Source: Rubellimicrobium sp. (GTDB lineage: Bacteria > Pseudomonadota > Alphaproteobacteria > Rhodobacterales > Rhodobacteraceae). From it: 64,000 nt of DNA. Below, piece by piece: positions 9,333 through 18,865 of the stretch (position 1 is its first letter; every line of letters begins with the position of its first letter). The notes below the pieces were generated by a model. It worked only from the letters and a program-made list of their open reading frames with translations, was not told where the DNA came from and ran no database searches. The stretch lies in the NCBI GenBank assembly GCA_019454835.1, contig JACFNP010000008.1, forward strand, positions 3,778 to 67,777, written 5' to 3'. A program made the translations under genes and the position numbers.

Positions 9333-11605
9333 GGCCGGTCCTGCGCCTGTTCGCGCTGCTCTTGTGGCTGCTGCCGCAGGCGCTGGCGGCGCAGGGCGCC
9401 CCCTGGGCCGAGGCCGAGGTGATCCGCAGCGAGGGCGCCCGGATCGAGCGCCTGATGCTGCGCCCGCCCACCGAGGCGCTGCGCGACGAGATCGCCGCCC
9501 GGCTTGCCGATGTCGGCGCCGCCTGGGATACCGCCCGCGCGGGCTATGGCGCGGGCGCCGCGACCGATGCCATCGACGCCGCGCTGGCCGCCTATGCGCA
9601 GGCCGTCCGCGCCGGTGCCGCGCCCGAGGCCGCGCGTGCCCGGCAACGGCTCTGGGCCGGGCTGATCGGGGCGGCGGGCGACCATGCGCTGGCCGCGCTG
9701 GCGGCGGGTGACGCCGATGCCGCCGGGTCCTGGCTGAATATCCGCGACTATGCGCGCAACTCGGGCGCGACCGGCGCCACCCGCGCCGTCGCGGCGCTGA
9801 AGGCGGGCACGATGACCCCCGAGACCGCCCGCGCCGAGGTCGAGGGCGAGCTTCTCACCATCGCCGCAGGCGCGTTGCGCGAGGCGGTGACGGCGGCGCG
9901 CGCCGATCTGGCGGCGGGCAACGCGGTGCTGCTGGCCGGTGATCTGGGCCGCGCCGAGGGGATGCTGGCGATCCTGTCCGACAATCTTGCCGCGCGGCTG
10001 GGGGCGCCCGCGCGCGATGCCTTGGCCGAGGCGCTTGCGCAGGTGCCGCAGACGGGCGCGGCGGCGCTCGATGCGCTGGACGAAGGCTTGCGCGGCTATG
10101 CGCCGGTCGCGCTCTCGCCCGAGGAAACCCTGCGCCGCGCCCGGCTCATGCGACGCTTCACGGCGCTGGTGCTGTTCGACTACCGCATCGGGGTGCGCGA
10201 CGGCGAGATCGCGATTCCGCTGGACTATCACGAGGCGATCACCTTCCGCACACGCGCCGCCATGCTGCTGCCCGAAGTGGCGCCGGGCATGGCCGACGCC
10301 GCAGGCGCCGCGCGGCTGCACGACATCTATGCGCAGATGGAGCCGATGATCGCCGACCGGGTCGATCCCGACCTGCTGCAACCTCTGGGCGACGAGGCGC
10401 TGGCGATCATCGACCGCAGCTTCGGCGCCGAGGTCGCGCAGGGCGGCTACGATCTGGCCGTGGCCTCGATCCCCGAGGTGCTGGACCGGCTTGCCGCCGC
10501 CGCAAGCGCGGGCGACCGCGAAGGCGCCGAGGCCGCGCGGCTCGAAGCCTACGCCTGGTTCGATCCCGACATCGAACAGCGCCTGATGCCCCGCGCACCC
10601 ACCCTTGCGCTGCGCCTTGAGGCCCTGTTCTGGGAAGGCAGCGCCAGCGCGCCCGGTCTGGCGCGGCTGATCGCCACGCAGGCCCCCGAGGCGCAGGTCG
10701 CGGGCGGCATCGCCGCGCTGACGGCGGCGCTCGATCAGGCCCGCGCGGTGATCGAGACGCCGCTTTCGCCGGTGACGGCGGCGCTGCAATCGGGCGGGAT
10801 CATCTTCCGCGAGGGGCTGGAGGCGGTGCTGATCCTTGCCGCTCTGGTCGCCGCCCTGCGCGCCGAGGGTGTCGCGCCGCGCCGCTACCGGCTGCCGCTG
10901 GCGGCGGGCGTGGCGGCGGCGCTGGTGTTCAGCGTCGCGCTCTGGGCGGCGGCGCGCTGGGTCATCACGGTCTCGACACTGGCGCGCGAGGCGCTGGAAG
11001 GCGGCACGGCGCTGCTGGCGGCCATCGTCCTGATCTGGCTGACGCTGGGGCTGACGGCCAGGGGCGGCCATGTCGCCACGCTGCGGCGCAGGGTCGCCGC
11101 CGGGGTGTCGGGCACGGGTCTGGGGGTGCTCGCCTTCTTCGTCGTGTTCCGCGAGGGATTCGAGACGATCCTGTTTTACGAGGCGATGCTGGTCGATGCC
11201 CCCCCGGCGGGCGTGCTGGCCGGGCTGACGGCGGGGATCGTCGCCGTCCTCTTCATCGGCCGCGCCGTGCTGCTCGCGGGCCGCAGGCTGCCGCTGCGGC
11301 TGCTGTTCCGGGTGACCGGGGCGTTGCTGGCCGTGCTGGCGGTGATGCTGACCGGCGCCGGGGTCCGGGGCCTGCAGACCGCCGCCCTGATCGGCGCGAC
11401 GCCGGTGGCGTGGTTCCCCGAAAGCTACACGCTGCAACTCTGGCTCGGCCTCTACCCGGTCGCCGAAACGCTGGCCGCGCAGGGGGCGGTCGTGGCATTG
11501 TTCCTTGTCGCCTGGCTGGTGCGGCGGCGCGCGGCGCGCAAGGTCGCGGTCGGCCGAGGGGCCGGGCGGCGGACAAGGGCAGGACAACCGGGGGAGGAGA
11601 CATGA
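9329..11605 (+). CDS. FTR1-family iron permease with ~460-aa N-terminal periplasmic helical domain (FetM-like architecture)
   Basis: Two RExxE motifs: REGLE at 10808-10822 and REGFE at 11150-11164. Signal peptide present. ATGA overlap with the cytochrome gene. Confidence 0.85.
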   Translation: MRPVLRLFALLLWLLPQALAAQGAPWAEAEVIRSEGARIERLMLRPPTEALRDEIAARLADVGAAWDTARAGYGAGAATDAIDAALAAYAQAVRAGAAPEAARARQRLWAGLIGAAGDHALAALAAGDADAAGSWLNIRDYARNSGATGATRAVAALKAGTMTPETARAEVEGELLTIAAGALREAVTAARADLAAGNAVLLAGDLGRAEGMLAILSDNLAARLGAPARDALAEALAQVPQTGAAALDALDEGLRGYAPVALSPEETLRRARLMRRFTALVLFDYRIGVRDGEIAIPLDYHEAITFRTRAAMLLPEVAPGMADAAGAARLHDIYAQMEPMIADRVDPDLLQPLGDEALAIIDRSFGAEVAQGGYDLAVASIPEVLDRLAAAASAGDREGAEAARLEAYAWFDPDIEQRLMPRAPTLALRLEALFWEGSASAPGLARLIATQAPEAQVAGGIAALTAALDQARAVIETPLSPVTAALQSGGIIFREGLEAVLILAALVAALRAEGVAPRRYRLPLAAGVAAALVFSVALWAAARWVITVSTLAREALEGGTALLAAIVLIWLTLGLTARGGHVATLRRRVAAGVSGTGLGVLAFFVVFREGFETILFYEAMLVDAPPAGVLAGLTAGIVAVLFIGRAVLLAGRRLPLRLLFRVTGALLAVLAVMLTGAGVRGLQTAALIGATPVAWFPESYTLQLWLGLYPVAETLAAQGAVVALFLVAWLVRRRAARKVAVGRGAGRRTRAGQPGEET

Positions 11606-12012
11606 CCACGGACGAGTCACCATCGGCGCGCATCGACGCCCGGCTGGCCGGTCTTGCAGACTGGCGCGGTGCGGCCCTGTCACGGATGCGCGACCTGATC
11701 CGCGAGGCCGATCCGGCGGTGGTCGAGACCGTCAAATGGGTGAAGCCCTCGAACCCCCATGGGGTGCCGGTCTGGGAACATGCCGGGATCATCTGCACCG
11801 GCGAGATCTACAAGGGCTACGTCAAGCTGACCTTCGCACGCGGCGCAGCGCTGGACGACCCGGCGGGGCTGTTCAACGCAGGCTTCGGCGGCGGCACCCG
11901 CCGGGCCATCGACATCCGCGAGGGCGAGACCCCCGACGCCGCCGCGTTCCGGGCGCTGGTGCAGGCAGCGGTCCGCCTGAACGAGGCGCGGCAGAAGCCC
12001 GCCCGGACCTGA
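11602..12012 (+). CDS. DUF1801 (YdhG-like) domain protein
   Basis: 136 aa, MTTDESPSARIDARL...VKWVKPSNPHGVPVW. ATGA overlap with the FTR1 stop. Confidence 0.55.
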   Translation: MTTDESPSARIDARLAGLADWRGAALSRMRDLIREADPAVVETVKWVKPSNPHGVPVWEHAGIICTGEIYKGYVKLTFARGAALDDPAGLFNAGFGGGTRRAIDIREGETPDAAAFRALVQAAVRLNEARQKPART

Positions 12013-12036
12013 CGACCCCCGCCCTGCAAGGCCCCC

Positions 12037-12123
12037 GTCATTGCGAGGAGGCGCAGCCGACGAAGCAACCCCGATGTCGTATGTGAGCGGTCGGGGTTGC
12101 TTCGGCTTGCGCCTCGCAATGAC
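12037..12123 (-). repeat. element copy 7 (A loop, R)
   Basis: Full termini; lies between the convergent DUF1801 and emrB genes. Confidence 0.9.
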
Positions 12124-12170
12124 GGGATTTGCTCGCGGGTGGCGGGGTTTGCTCGCGGGTGACGGGATTT
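12124..12170. repeat. tandem 20-bp units carrying solo variant termini
   Basis: GGGATTTGCTCGCGGGTGGC / GGGGTTTGCTCGCGGGTGAC / GGGATTT. Each unit contains the CTCGCGGGTGAC-type terminus. Confidence 0.7.
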
Positions 12171-12200
12171 CCGGGCGGTGGTGCCGCGCGCGCCCCGGCG

Positions 12201-13739
12201 TCAGTGTTCCGCCATCGCGCGCGGCGCCGGGGCATCCGTTGACGGGTTGCGCAGCAGCAGGACGATGGGGAACGCCACCAGCGTCAGCACCATCATCATC
12301 AGGAAGTTGTCGATATAGGCCAGCATCGCCGCCTGCTGCGACACCAGCCCGTCGGCCACGGCAGCCATCGCCGGGTCTCCGGACAGCAGCGCGGGGAACT
12401 GCATCGCAACCTGCGGCGAATCGAGGGGCAGCCTGCTTGCCAGTTCCGCGTGATTGACGCCCAGCATCCGGGTCAGCACCGTGGTGACCAGCGAAATCCC
12501 GATCCCCGACCCCATGTTGCGCACGAGGCTGAAGACCGAGGTGCCGTCGCCGCGCAGCGCGGGCGAGAGCGTCGCAAAGGCCAGCGTCGTCAGCGGCACG
12601 AAGACGAAACCCATGCCGAAGCCCTGCACGACACCCGACAGAATGACCAGCCGGTCGTCCATCCCGGTCTCGAAGCCGGTCATCATCCACAGCGAGACGC
12701 AGCTCAGCGACAGCCCGGCAAAGACCAGCAGGCGCGGCCCGAGCCGGTCGACGAGGCGGCCGACCACGACCATCGACAGCATGGTGCCGATGCCGCGCGG
12801 CGCCATCACGATGCCGGTGGTGATGACCGGATAGCCCATGAGGTTCTGCAACAGCGGTGGCAGCAGCGCGAGGCCCGAGAACAGCGTCAGGCCGATGACG
12901 AACATGAAGACGTTGCCCATGACGAAGTTGCGGTCGCGGAAGATGCGCAGGTCGATGAACGGCTCTCCGGCCGTCAGGGCGTGGATGACGAACACCCAGA
13001 AGCCGCTGATCGTGAGACCGAGATAGATCCAGATCTCGGGCGACTCGAACCAGTCCACTGCCTCGCCCCGGTCGAGCAGCAGTTGCAGCCCGCCCACCGC
13101 CAGCGCCAGCATGGCAAAGCCGAAGATGTCGAAGCGCCGGGCGCGGGTCATGCCGTGCGGCATGAAGAAGGCGATGCCGACCAGCGCCAGCCCGCCCACC
13201 GGCAGATTGATGAAGAAGACCCAGCGCCAGTCGAAGCTCTCGGTCAGCCAGCCGCCCAGCGTCGGCCCGATGATCGGCCCGACCATGATGCCCGCGCCGT
13301 AGATCGCCATGGCCTGGCCCAGCTTCTCGCGCGGGTTGATGTCCATGATGACCGATTGCGCCATCGGCGCGATGACCGCGCCGAAGATGCCCTGCATGAT
13401 GCGCCAGAGCACCATGTCGCCGATCCCCTGCGCAAGGCCGCACAGCATCGAACTGGCCACGAAACCGGCAATGGCGCCGATGAACACCCGCTTGCGGCCC
13501 ATGCGGTCGACGATCCAGCCCGACATCGGCGTCATGATCGCGGCAGCGACGATATACGAGGTCAGCACCCAGGTGATCTCGCCCTGGCTGGCGCCAAGGC
13601 TGGCCGCCATATGCGGCAGCGCCACGTTGGCGATGGTCGTATCAAGCACCTGCATGATGGTGGCGAGCATGATCGCCCCCGTCAGCCAGCCGCGATTGGC
13701 GACCTCGAGGGCCGGGCGCGAGGTCACCGGAGCGGCCAT
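12201..13739 (-). CDS. emrB: DHA2-family MFS multidrug efflux transporter (EmrB/QacA type)
   Basis: 512 aa, 14-TMS-type hydrophobic profile, immediately downstream of the HlyD-family gene. Confidence 0.85.
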   Translation of the reverse strand: MAAPVTSRPALEVANRGWLTGAIMLATIMQVLDTTIANVALPHMAASLGASQGEITWVLTSYIVAAAIMTPMSGWIVDRMGRKRVFIGAIAGFVASSMLCGLAQGIGDMVLWRIMQGIFGAVIAPMAQSVIMDINPREKLGQAMAIYGAGIMVGPIIGPTLGGWLTESFDWRWVFFINLPVGGLALVGIAFFMPHGMTRARRFDIFGFAMLALAVGGLQLLLDRGEAVDWFESPEIWIYLGLTISGFWVFVIHALTAGEPFIDLRIFRDRNFVMGNVFMFVIGLTLFSGLALLPPLLQNLMGYPVITTGIVMAPRGIGTMLSMVVVGRLVDRLGPRLLVFAGLSLSCVSLWMMTGFETGMDDRLVILSGVVQGFGMGFVFVPLTTLAFATLSPALRGDGTSVFSLVRNMGSGIGISLVTTVLTRMLGVNHAELASRLPLDSPQVAMQFPALLSGDPAMAAVADGLVSQQAAMLAYIDNFLMMMVLTLVAFPIVLLLRNPSTDAPAPRAMAEH

Positions 13740-13740
13740 C

Positions 13741-14907
13741 TCAGCGCAGCCGGTCCATCCGGCTGGCGCCCGTGTCGACCGAGACGGTCACGCTCATCCC
13801 GCCGCGCAGCGGCAGGTCGGGGTCGGGGGTGATGCCGATGCGCACCGGCAGGCGCTGAACGACCTTCACCCAGTTGCCGGTCGCGTTCTGCGCCGGGATG
13901 AGCGAGAACTGCGCCCCGGTGGCGCCCGAGAAACTTTCGACCCGCCCGGCAAGCGGATGGCCGGGATAGGCATCGACGCTGACCTCGACCGGCTGGCCGG
14001 TGCGCAGCCCGGCAAGCTGCGATTCCTTGAAATTGGCCTCGACCCAGGTGTCGCCGGTCTCGACAAGGCTGGCGACCGGCGATCCGGCGGCGACGAACTG
14101 GCCGATGTTCAGGTTGCCGGTCTGGGCCATCTGCCCGTCCGCCGGGGCGCGGACCGTCGCATGATCGAGATCGCGGACCGCCGCCGCCTCGGCGGCCAGC
14201 GCGGCGCGCACCGACGGCACGTCGTCCGTCGCCACATCGGGATCGCCGCCCAGCGCCGCAGCGGCCTGCACGACCTGCTGGCGGGCCAGCGCGACCTGGT
14301 TCTCGGCGGCGCGCAGCGTCAGCAGCGCCTCGTCGAGCGCGGCAGGCGTCGCCACGCCGCGCGCCTGCAGGCCCTGCTGGCGGTCATATTCGGACTGGCG
14401 GATTTCCAGCACGCTTTCGGCGGCGGCAAGCTGCGCCGTGGCGACGCCATGCGCGGCGCGCAACCCCTCGACGGCCAGACGTGCCTGATCGACCGCCGCC
14501 GAGGCGCGGTCGAGCGCGATCCGGTAGGGTTCGGGGTCCAGCTCGAACAGCGTGTCGCCCGCCGCGACCTGCCCGTTTTCGGTGACGGCGACGGCGACGA
14601 TCCGGCCCGAGATGTCGGCGGACAGCGGCACCAGCGGCTGGTGCACATAGGCGTTGTCGGTCGCCACATAGCGCCCGCCGGTCAGCCAGGCCCAGCCGCC
14701 GCCGCCCGCCAGCGCCAGCGGCAGCACGATCATCAGCAGCCGCGCCTTCCAGCTCCGGCGCCGCTTTGGCGCGGGCGGGGCAGCGTTCGCGGCTTCGGGC
14801 ACCGCTGCCGGTGCCTCGGCCACCACCGCCAGTTGTGCGGGGCCGGGTGCCGGATCGGGTGTCGGATCGTCAGCGCGCGCGGCGGCGCCGGATGCGGAGG
14901 GAGTCAT
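13741..14907 (-). CDS. emrA: HlyD-family membrane fusion protein (EmrA type)
   Basis: 388 aa with one N-terminal TM helix and a coiled-coil middle region. Sits between marR and emrB. Confidence 0.85.
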   Translation of the reverse strand: MTPSASGAAARADDPTPDPAPGPAQLAVVAEAPAAVPEAANAAPPAPKRRRSWKARLLMIVLPLALAGGGGWAWLTGGRYVATDNAYVHQPLVPLSADISGRIVAVAVTENGQVAAGDTLFELDPEPYRIALDRASAAVDQARLAVEGLRAAHGVATAQLAAAESVLEIRQSEYDRQQGLQARGVATPAALDEALLTLRAAENQVALARQQVVQAAAALGGDPDVATDDVPSVRAALAAEAAAVRDLDHATVRAPADGQMAQTGNLNIGQFVAAGSPVASLVETGDTWVEANFKESQLAGLRTGQPVEVSVDAYPGHPLAGRVESFSGATGAQFSLIPAQNATGNWVKVVQRLPVRIGITPDPDLPLRGGMSVTVSVDTGASRMDRLR

Positions 14908-15368
14908 CTGGTCAGGGTATCCGTCATGTCACCGGGACCGTCCGGCGTGGCGGCGGCGGTGAGGTTGTCGATGATTGTCTGCAACATGCGGTCAAGCGCC
15001 GCGATGTCGTCGTCGTCCAGCCCGGCAAGCGCCTGCGCATAGACCGACTCGACCACCGGGCGCATCCCTAGCGCCAGCGCACGCCCCTCGGGTAGCAGCC
15101 GCACCCGCTTGGCGCGGGCATCGTCGGGATCGTTTTCGCGCTGGACACAGCCCATCGCCTCGAGCCGGTCGATCTGGTCGCTGATCGTCATGGGGGCGAT
15201 CTCGAGGTGATCGGCCAGCGCCCGCTGCGTCGGCGCATCCTCGCGCAGCAGAACCCCGAGCGTGCGCCACTGGGTCAGCGTGAGTCGGCTGCCCTGCACG
15301 CGCCGCTCGAACTCGGCCTTCAGCAGGCGCGAGATGCGGTGGATGTGGATGCCGGTATCAGAGTGCAT
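14904..15368 (-). CDS. MarR-family transcriptional regulator
   Basis: 154 aa with a winged-HTH region (LTLTQWRTLGVLL...PTQRALADHLEIAPMTISDQIDRLE). Overlaps the emrA start. Confidence 0.85.
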   Translation of the reverse strand: MHSDTGIHIHRISRLLKAEFERRVQGSRLTLTQWRTLGVLLREDAPTQRALADHLEIAPMTISDQIDRLEAMGCVQRENDPDDARAKRVRLLPEGRALALGMRPVVESVYAQALAGLDDDDIAALDRMLQTIIDNLTAAATPDGPGDMTDTLTR

Positions 15369-15426
15369 CGGACGGCCTTCGATACCCCCGCCGTTTGCGG
15401 CGCGGGGGTCGGGGAATCGTATGCGG

Positions 15427-15439
15427 GCAGATAATATGC
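15427..15439 (-). promoter_or_regulatory. AT-rich pseudo-dyad / possible -10 region upstream of marR-emrAB
   Basis: GCAGATAATATGC, 59 bp upstream of the marR ATG. The minus strand reads TATTAT with TTGAAA further upstream at suboptimal spacing. Confidence 0.3.
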
Positions 15440-15536
15440 AGGCTTACGGCTTTCAATGGGCAAAATGATGGCGCCGCCGCGAACTGCCGCGCCGTTTTCG
15501 GCCTGTCGCATGATGAAAGGTGCCCTGCCCCGCCCT

Positions 15537-16469
15537 TCAGGCGGGCGCGCCCGCCATCGCGCCCGTCGCTGCCCCCTCGTGCCCGACCAGCAGGTCGCGG
15601 CGCAGCATCTCGATGAAGCGGCGTCCGTAGCCCGGCAGCGGCTGGCTGCGCAGCCAGATCGCCGACATCTCGAAGGCCAGAGGCACGCCGTCGACCAGAA
15701 TATCATGCGCCGCCAGCCCGGTATTCGCCTGCAATCCCAGATCGGGCACCACCGCCACGCCGCCGCCGTTCGCGGCGATGGCTGTCAGCGTATGCGGCGA
15801 CCCGGCCTCGAGCGCGGGGCGCAGCAGGCATTGCATCGCGCGCGCGGCGTCCTCCATCACGGCGCGGGTGAAATGGCGGCAGTTCAGCAGCAGAAGCGGC
15901 TGCTCGCACAGGTCGGCAAAGGCGATGGCGGTGCCGTTGGTCGCAAAGGTTCCCGGCCGGCTGAAGGCGCGCACCCGCATCGCGCCGATATCAAGCCGCT
16001 CGAAGCGGTCGGGGCTGGCGAAATGGCTGGCGGTGATGGCGATGGACACCTCGTCCGCCGCCAGCCTGCGCGACAGTTCGGCGCCGCCGCCTTCTTCAAG
16101 GCGGATATCGACGTTGGGGTTTTCGCACCGCCAGCGCGGCAGGATCTGCGTCATGTGCCACTCGATCACCTGCGAGCAGGCGCCGACGCGCAGCACGCCG
16201 CATTCGCCCCTGCGCAGTTCGGCGACGCTGTCGTGCAGGCGGCGGCCAGCGGCCAGCACCTCCTGCGCGTCGGCCAGCAGCCGCTCGCCCTGCGGCGACA
16301 GGCGCAGGCTGCGACCCTCGCGCGAAAACAGCGGCAGGCCGAGATCGCGTTCGAGCCGCTGGATCTGCCGTGACAGGGCGGGCTGGGTCAGGTTCAGCCG
16401 ACCCGCAGCCAGCGTGACGCTGCCCAGCCGGGCCGTGGTGACGAAGCTCCGCAACAGTCTCTCGTCCAT
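15537..16469 (-). CDS. LysR-family transcriptional regulator
   Basis: 310 aa with N-terminal HTH LNLTQPALSRQIQRLERDLG. Divergent from the 16585-25695 operon. Confidence 0.85.
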   Translation of the reverse strand: MDERLLRSFVTTARLGSVTLAAGRLNLTQPALSRQIQRLERDLGLPLFSREGRSLRLSPQGERLLADAQEVLAAGRRLHDSVAELRRGECGVLRVGACSQVIEWHMTQILPRWRCENPNVDIRLEEGGGAELSRRLAADEVSIAITASHFASPDRFERLDIGAMRVRAFSRPGTFATNGTAIAFADLCEQPLLLLNCRHFTRAVMEDAARAMQCLLRPALEAGSPHTLTAIAANGGGVAVVPDLGLQANTGLAAHDILVDGVPLAFEMSAIWLRSQPLPGYGRRFIEMLRRDLLVGHEGAATGAMAGAPA

Positions 16470-16493
16470 ATGGCCCCCGACTCATGCACATCC

Positions 16494-16510
16494 GGTATGA
16501 ACGGGATACC
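16494..16510. promoter_or_regulatory. candidate LysR-type binding site (T-N11-A within GGTAT-N7-ATACC dyad)
   Basis: GGTATGAACGGGATACC in the 115-bp divergent region between the LysR gene and the aminotransferase operon. Confidence 0.45.
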
Positions 16511-16584
16511 GATATTTGCATTGGACGCATCCTGCAAGCTGTGGCTTGGTGGCGCGCGAACCAAGATGATGCCCGGAGGCCGCG

Positions 16585-17439
16585 ATGACTCATACTCCTT
16601 CCGTCTGGACATGGTATCGGGGCGACTGGCACGCGGGCGACCTGCGGATTCTGGGCGCCGGATCACATGCGACATGGCTCGGCTCGCTGGTCTTCGACGG
16701 CGCGCGCCGCTTTGAGGGCGTGACGCCCGACCTCGACCTGCATTGCGCGCGTCTCGACGCCTCGGCGCGCACGCTGGGGCTGGAGCCGACGCTGTCGACC
16801 GAACGGGTCATCGCGCTGACGCACGAGGGGATGGCGAAATTCGCCCCCGAGGCGGCGATCTACATTCGCCCGATGTACTGGGCCGAGGACGGCGGCCCGT
16901 CGGTCGTGGCGCCCGATCCGGCCTCGACCGATTTCGCGCTTTGCCTCGAAGAGCGCCCGATGCCCGAACCCGGCGGCTTCACCATCACCACGACGCGCTT
17001 CCGCCGCCCGACGCTGGACGTGATGCCGGTGAACGCCAAGGCGGCCTGCCTCTATCCCAACAACGCAAGGATGCTGGCCGAGGCCAGGGCCAAAGGCCAC
17101 GGCAACGCGCTGGTCTGCGACATGCTGGGCAATGTCGCCGAACTGGCGACGGCCAATGTCTTCATGGCGAAGGACGGCGTCGTTTTCACACCGGTGACGA
17201 ACGGCACCTTCCTTGACGGGATCACCCGCCAGCGCGTCATCGCCCTGCTGCGCGACGCGGGCGTGGCGGTGGTGGAAAAGACCCTCTCGGTCGACGATTT
17301 CCGCGCGGCGGATGAAATCTTCTCGACCGGCAACATCTCGAAGGTGATGCCGGTGCTGGGCTTCGACGAGCGCAGGCTGGACTACGGCCCCTTCGCCCGC
17401 AAGGCGCGGCAGCTTTACTGGGACTGGGCAAAGGGCTGA
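16585..17439 (+). CDS. class IV (branched-chain/D-amino-acid type) aminotransferase
   Basis: 284-aa ORF whose overall sequence resembles fold-type IV PLP enzymes. GGAGG RBS upstream. Confidence 0.8.
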   Translation: MTHTPSVWTWYRGDWHAGDLRILGAGSHATWLGSLVFDGARRFEGVTPDLDLHCARLDASARTLGLEPTLSTERVIALTHEGMAKFAPEAAIYIRPMYWAEDGGPSVVAPDPASTDFALCLEERPMPEPGGFTITTTRFRRPTLDVMPVNAKAACLYPNNARMLAEARAKGHGNALVCDMLGNVAELATANVFMAKDGVVFTPVTNGTFLDGITRQRVIALLRDAGVAVVEKTLSVDDFRAADEIFSTGNISKVMPVLGFDERRLDYGPFARKARQLYWDWAKG

Positions 17440-17454
17440 GGAAAGGTCACGCAG

Positions 17455-17865
17455 ATGAGCACCGTTCGACTCTGGACCGACGCCGAGGCCGAGGCCGCAC
17501 CCCGCGTCAAGGCGGTCTTCGACGACATCCGCGCCACCCGCAAATCGGATTTCGTGAACAATTTCTGGCGGGCGCTGGCCAATGATCCGGCCTCGCTCGA
17601 ACGCATCTGGGCCGGGCTGAAGGAGATCATGGTCGCTCCCGGCGCGCTGGACCCGCTGGTCAAGGAGATGATCTACGTCGCGGTTTCGGCGGCCAACGGC
17701 TGCACCTACTGCGCCCATTCCCACACCGCCGCCGCGCGCGCCAAGGGCATGAGCGAAGCGCAATACGGCGAATTGCTGGCCGTGATCGGCATGGCCAGCC
17801 AGACCAACGCGCTGGCCTCGGCGTTGCAGGTGCCGGTCGATCCGCAGTTTCTCGTCGGGGAATGA
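17455..17865 (+). CDS. carboxymuconolactone decarboxylase / AhpD-like family protein
   Basis: 136 aa with CxxC-containing motif CTYCAHSH. Confidence 0.8.
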   Translation: MSTVRLWTDAEAEAAPRVKAVFDDIRATRKSDFVNNFWRALANDPASLERIWAGLKEIMVAPGALDPLVKEMIYVAVSAANGCTYCAHSHTAAARAKGMSEAQYGELLAVIGMASQTNALASALQVPVDPQFLVGE

Positions 17866-17869
17866 GTCC

Positions 17870-18865
17870 ATGGCAGGGATGACGACAGGCGCGATGGTCG
17901 CGCGGCGCACGGGCGGGCCGGAGGTGCTGGAATGGGCCGAGGTGCCGCTGGCCGATCCCGGCCCCGGCGAGGTGCTGATCGCGCATGAGGCCGCCGGGCT
18001 GAACTTCATCGACACTTATTATCGTTCCGGCCTGTATTCCTGGCCCGCCGACGTGCTGATCCCCGGCGCCGAGGCCGCGGGCGTGGTGCTGGCCACAGGC
18101 GCGGGCGTGAGAGATTTCGCCCCCGGCGACCGGGTGGCCTGGCTGGGCCGCACCGGCGGCTATGCGGCGCGCCGGGTGATCGCTGCCGACCGGCTGGTAA
18201 AGCTGCCGCCGGGCATGTCGGCGGAACTGGCGGCCTCGGTGCTGCTCAAGGGGCTGACGGTGCAGGCGCTGGTCACCACCACCGCGCCGGTGCACAGGGG
18301 GCAGACCGTGCTGGTCCATGCCGCCGCAGGCGGGGTCGGGCTGCTGCTGGGCCAGTGGATCGCCGCGCTGGGCGCGCGGGCCATCGGCACCGCCGGTTCG
18401 CCGGACAAGGCCCGGCTGGCACTGGCCCATGGCTACAGCGATGTCATCGAATACCGCCACGAGGATTTCGTCGCGCGCGTGGCCGACCTGACAGGCGGCG
18501 CACTGTGCGACACCGTGTTCGATGCGGTCGGGCGCGATACCTGGCGCGGCTCGCTGGCCTGCCTGCGCCCGCACGGGAAATTCGTGAACTTCGGGCAGGC
18601 GTCGGGGCCGATCGAGGGCTTCGGGCTGCCGGACCTTGCCGCCGGGTCGAAATACGCAGTGCGCCCGGTGGTGTTCGACTATGTGGCAACGCCCGCAGAG
18701 CTGCGCGCGCGGGCGGCGGACCTGTTCGCCCGCCTGCAGGACGGCACGCTGAAGGCGGGCGCGGTGGCCCGCCACCCGTTGCGCGACGCCGCCGCCGCGC
18801 ATCTCGCGCTCGAGTCGCGGGCGACGACCGGCGCCACGGTGTTCACGCTGGAGGGCGATCCGTGA
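17870..18865 (+). CDS. qor: NADPH:quinone oxidoreductase (MDR superfamily)
   Basis: 331 aa with nucleotide motif AAAGGVG and MDR/GroES-like N-terminal region. Confidence 0.85.
   Translation: MAGMTTGAMVARRTGGPEVLEWAEVPLADPGPGEVLIAHEAAGLNFIDTYYRSGLYSWPADVLIPGAEAAGVVLATGAGVRDFAPGDRVAWLGRTGGYAARRVIAADRLVKLPPGMSAELAASVLLKGLTVQALVTTTAPVHRGQTVLVHAAAGGVGLLLGQWIAALGARAIGTAGSPDKARLALAHGYSDVIEYRHEDFVARVADLTGGALCDTVFDAVGRDTWRGSLACLRPHGKFVNFGQASGPIEGFGLPDLAAGSKYAVRPVVFDYVATPAELRARAADLFARLQDGTLKAGAVARHPLRDAAAAHLALESRATTGATVFTLEGDP

Noticed and set aside
12201-15368. marR-emrA-emrB as a novel system
   Set aside because: This is the canonical MarR-regulated EmrAB-type efflux operon.
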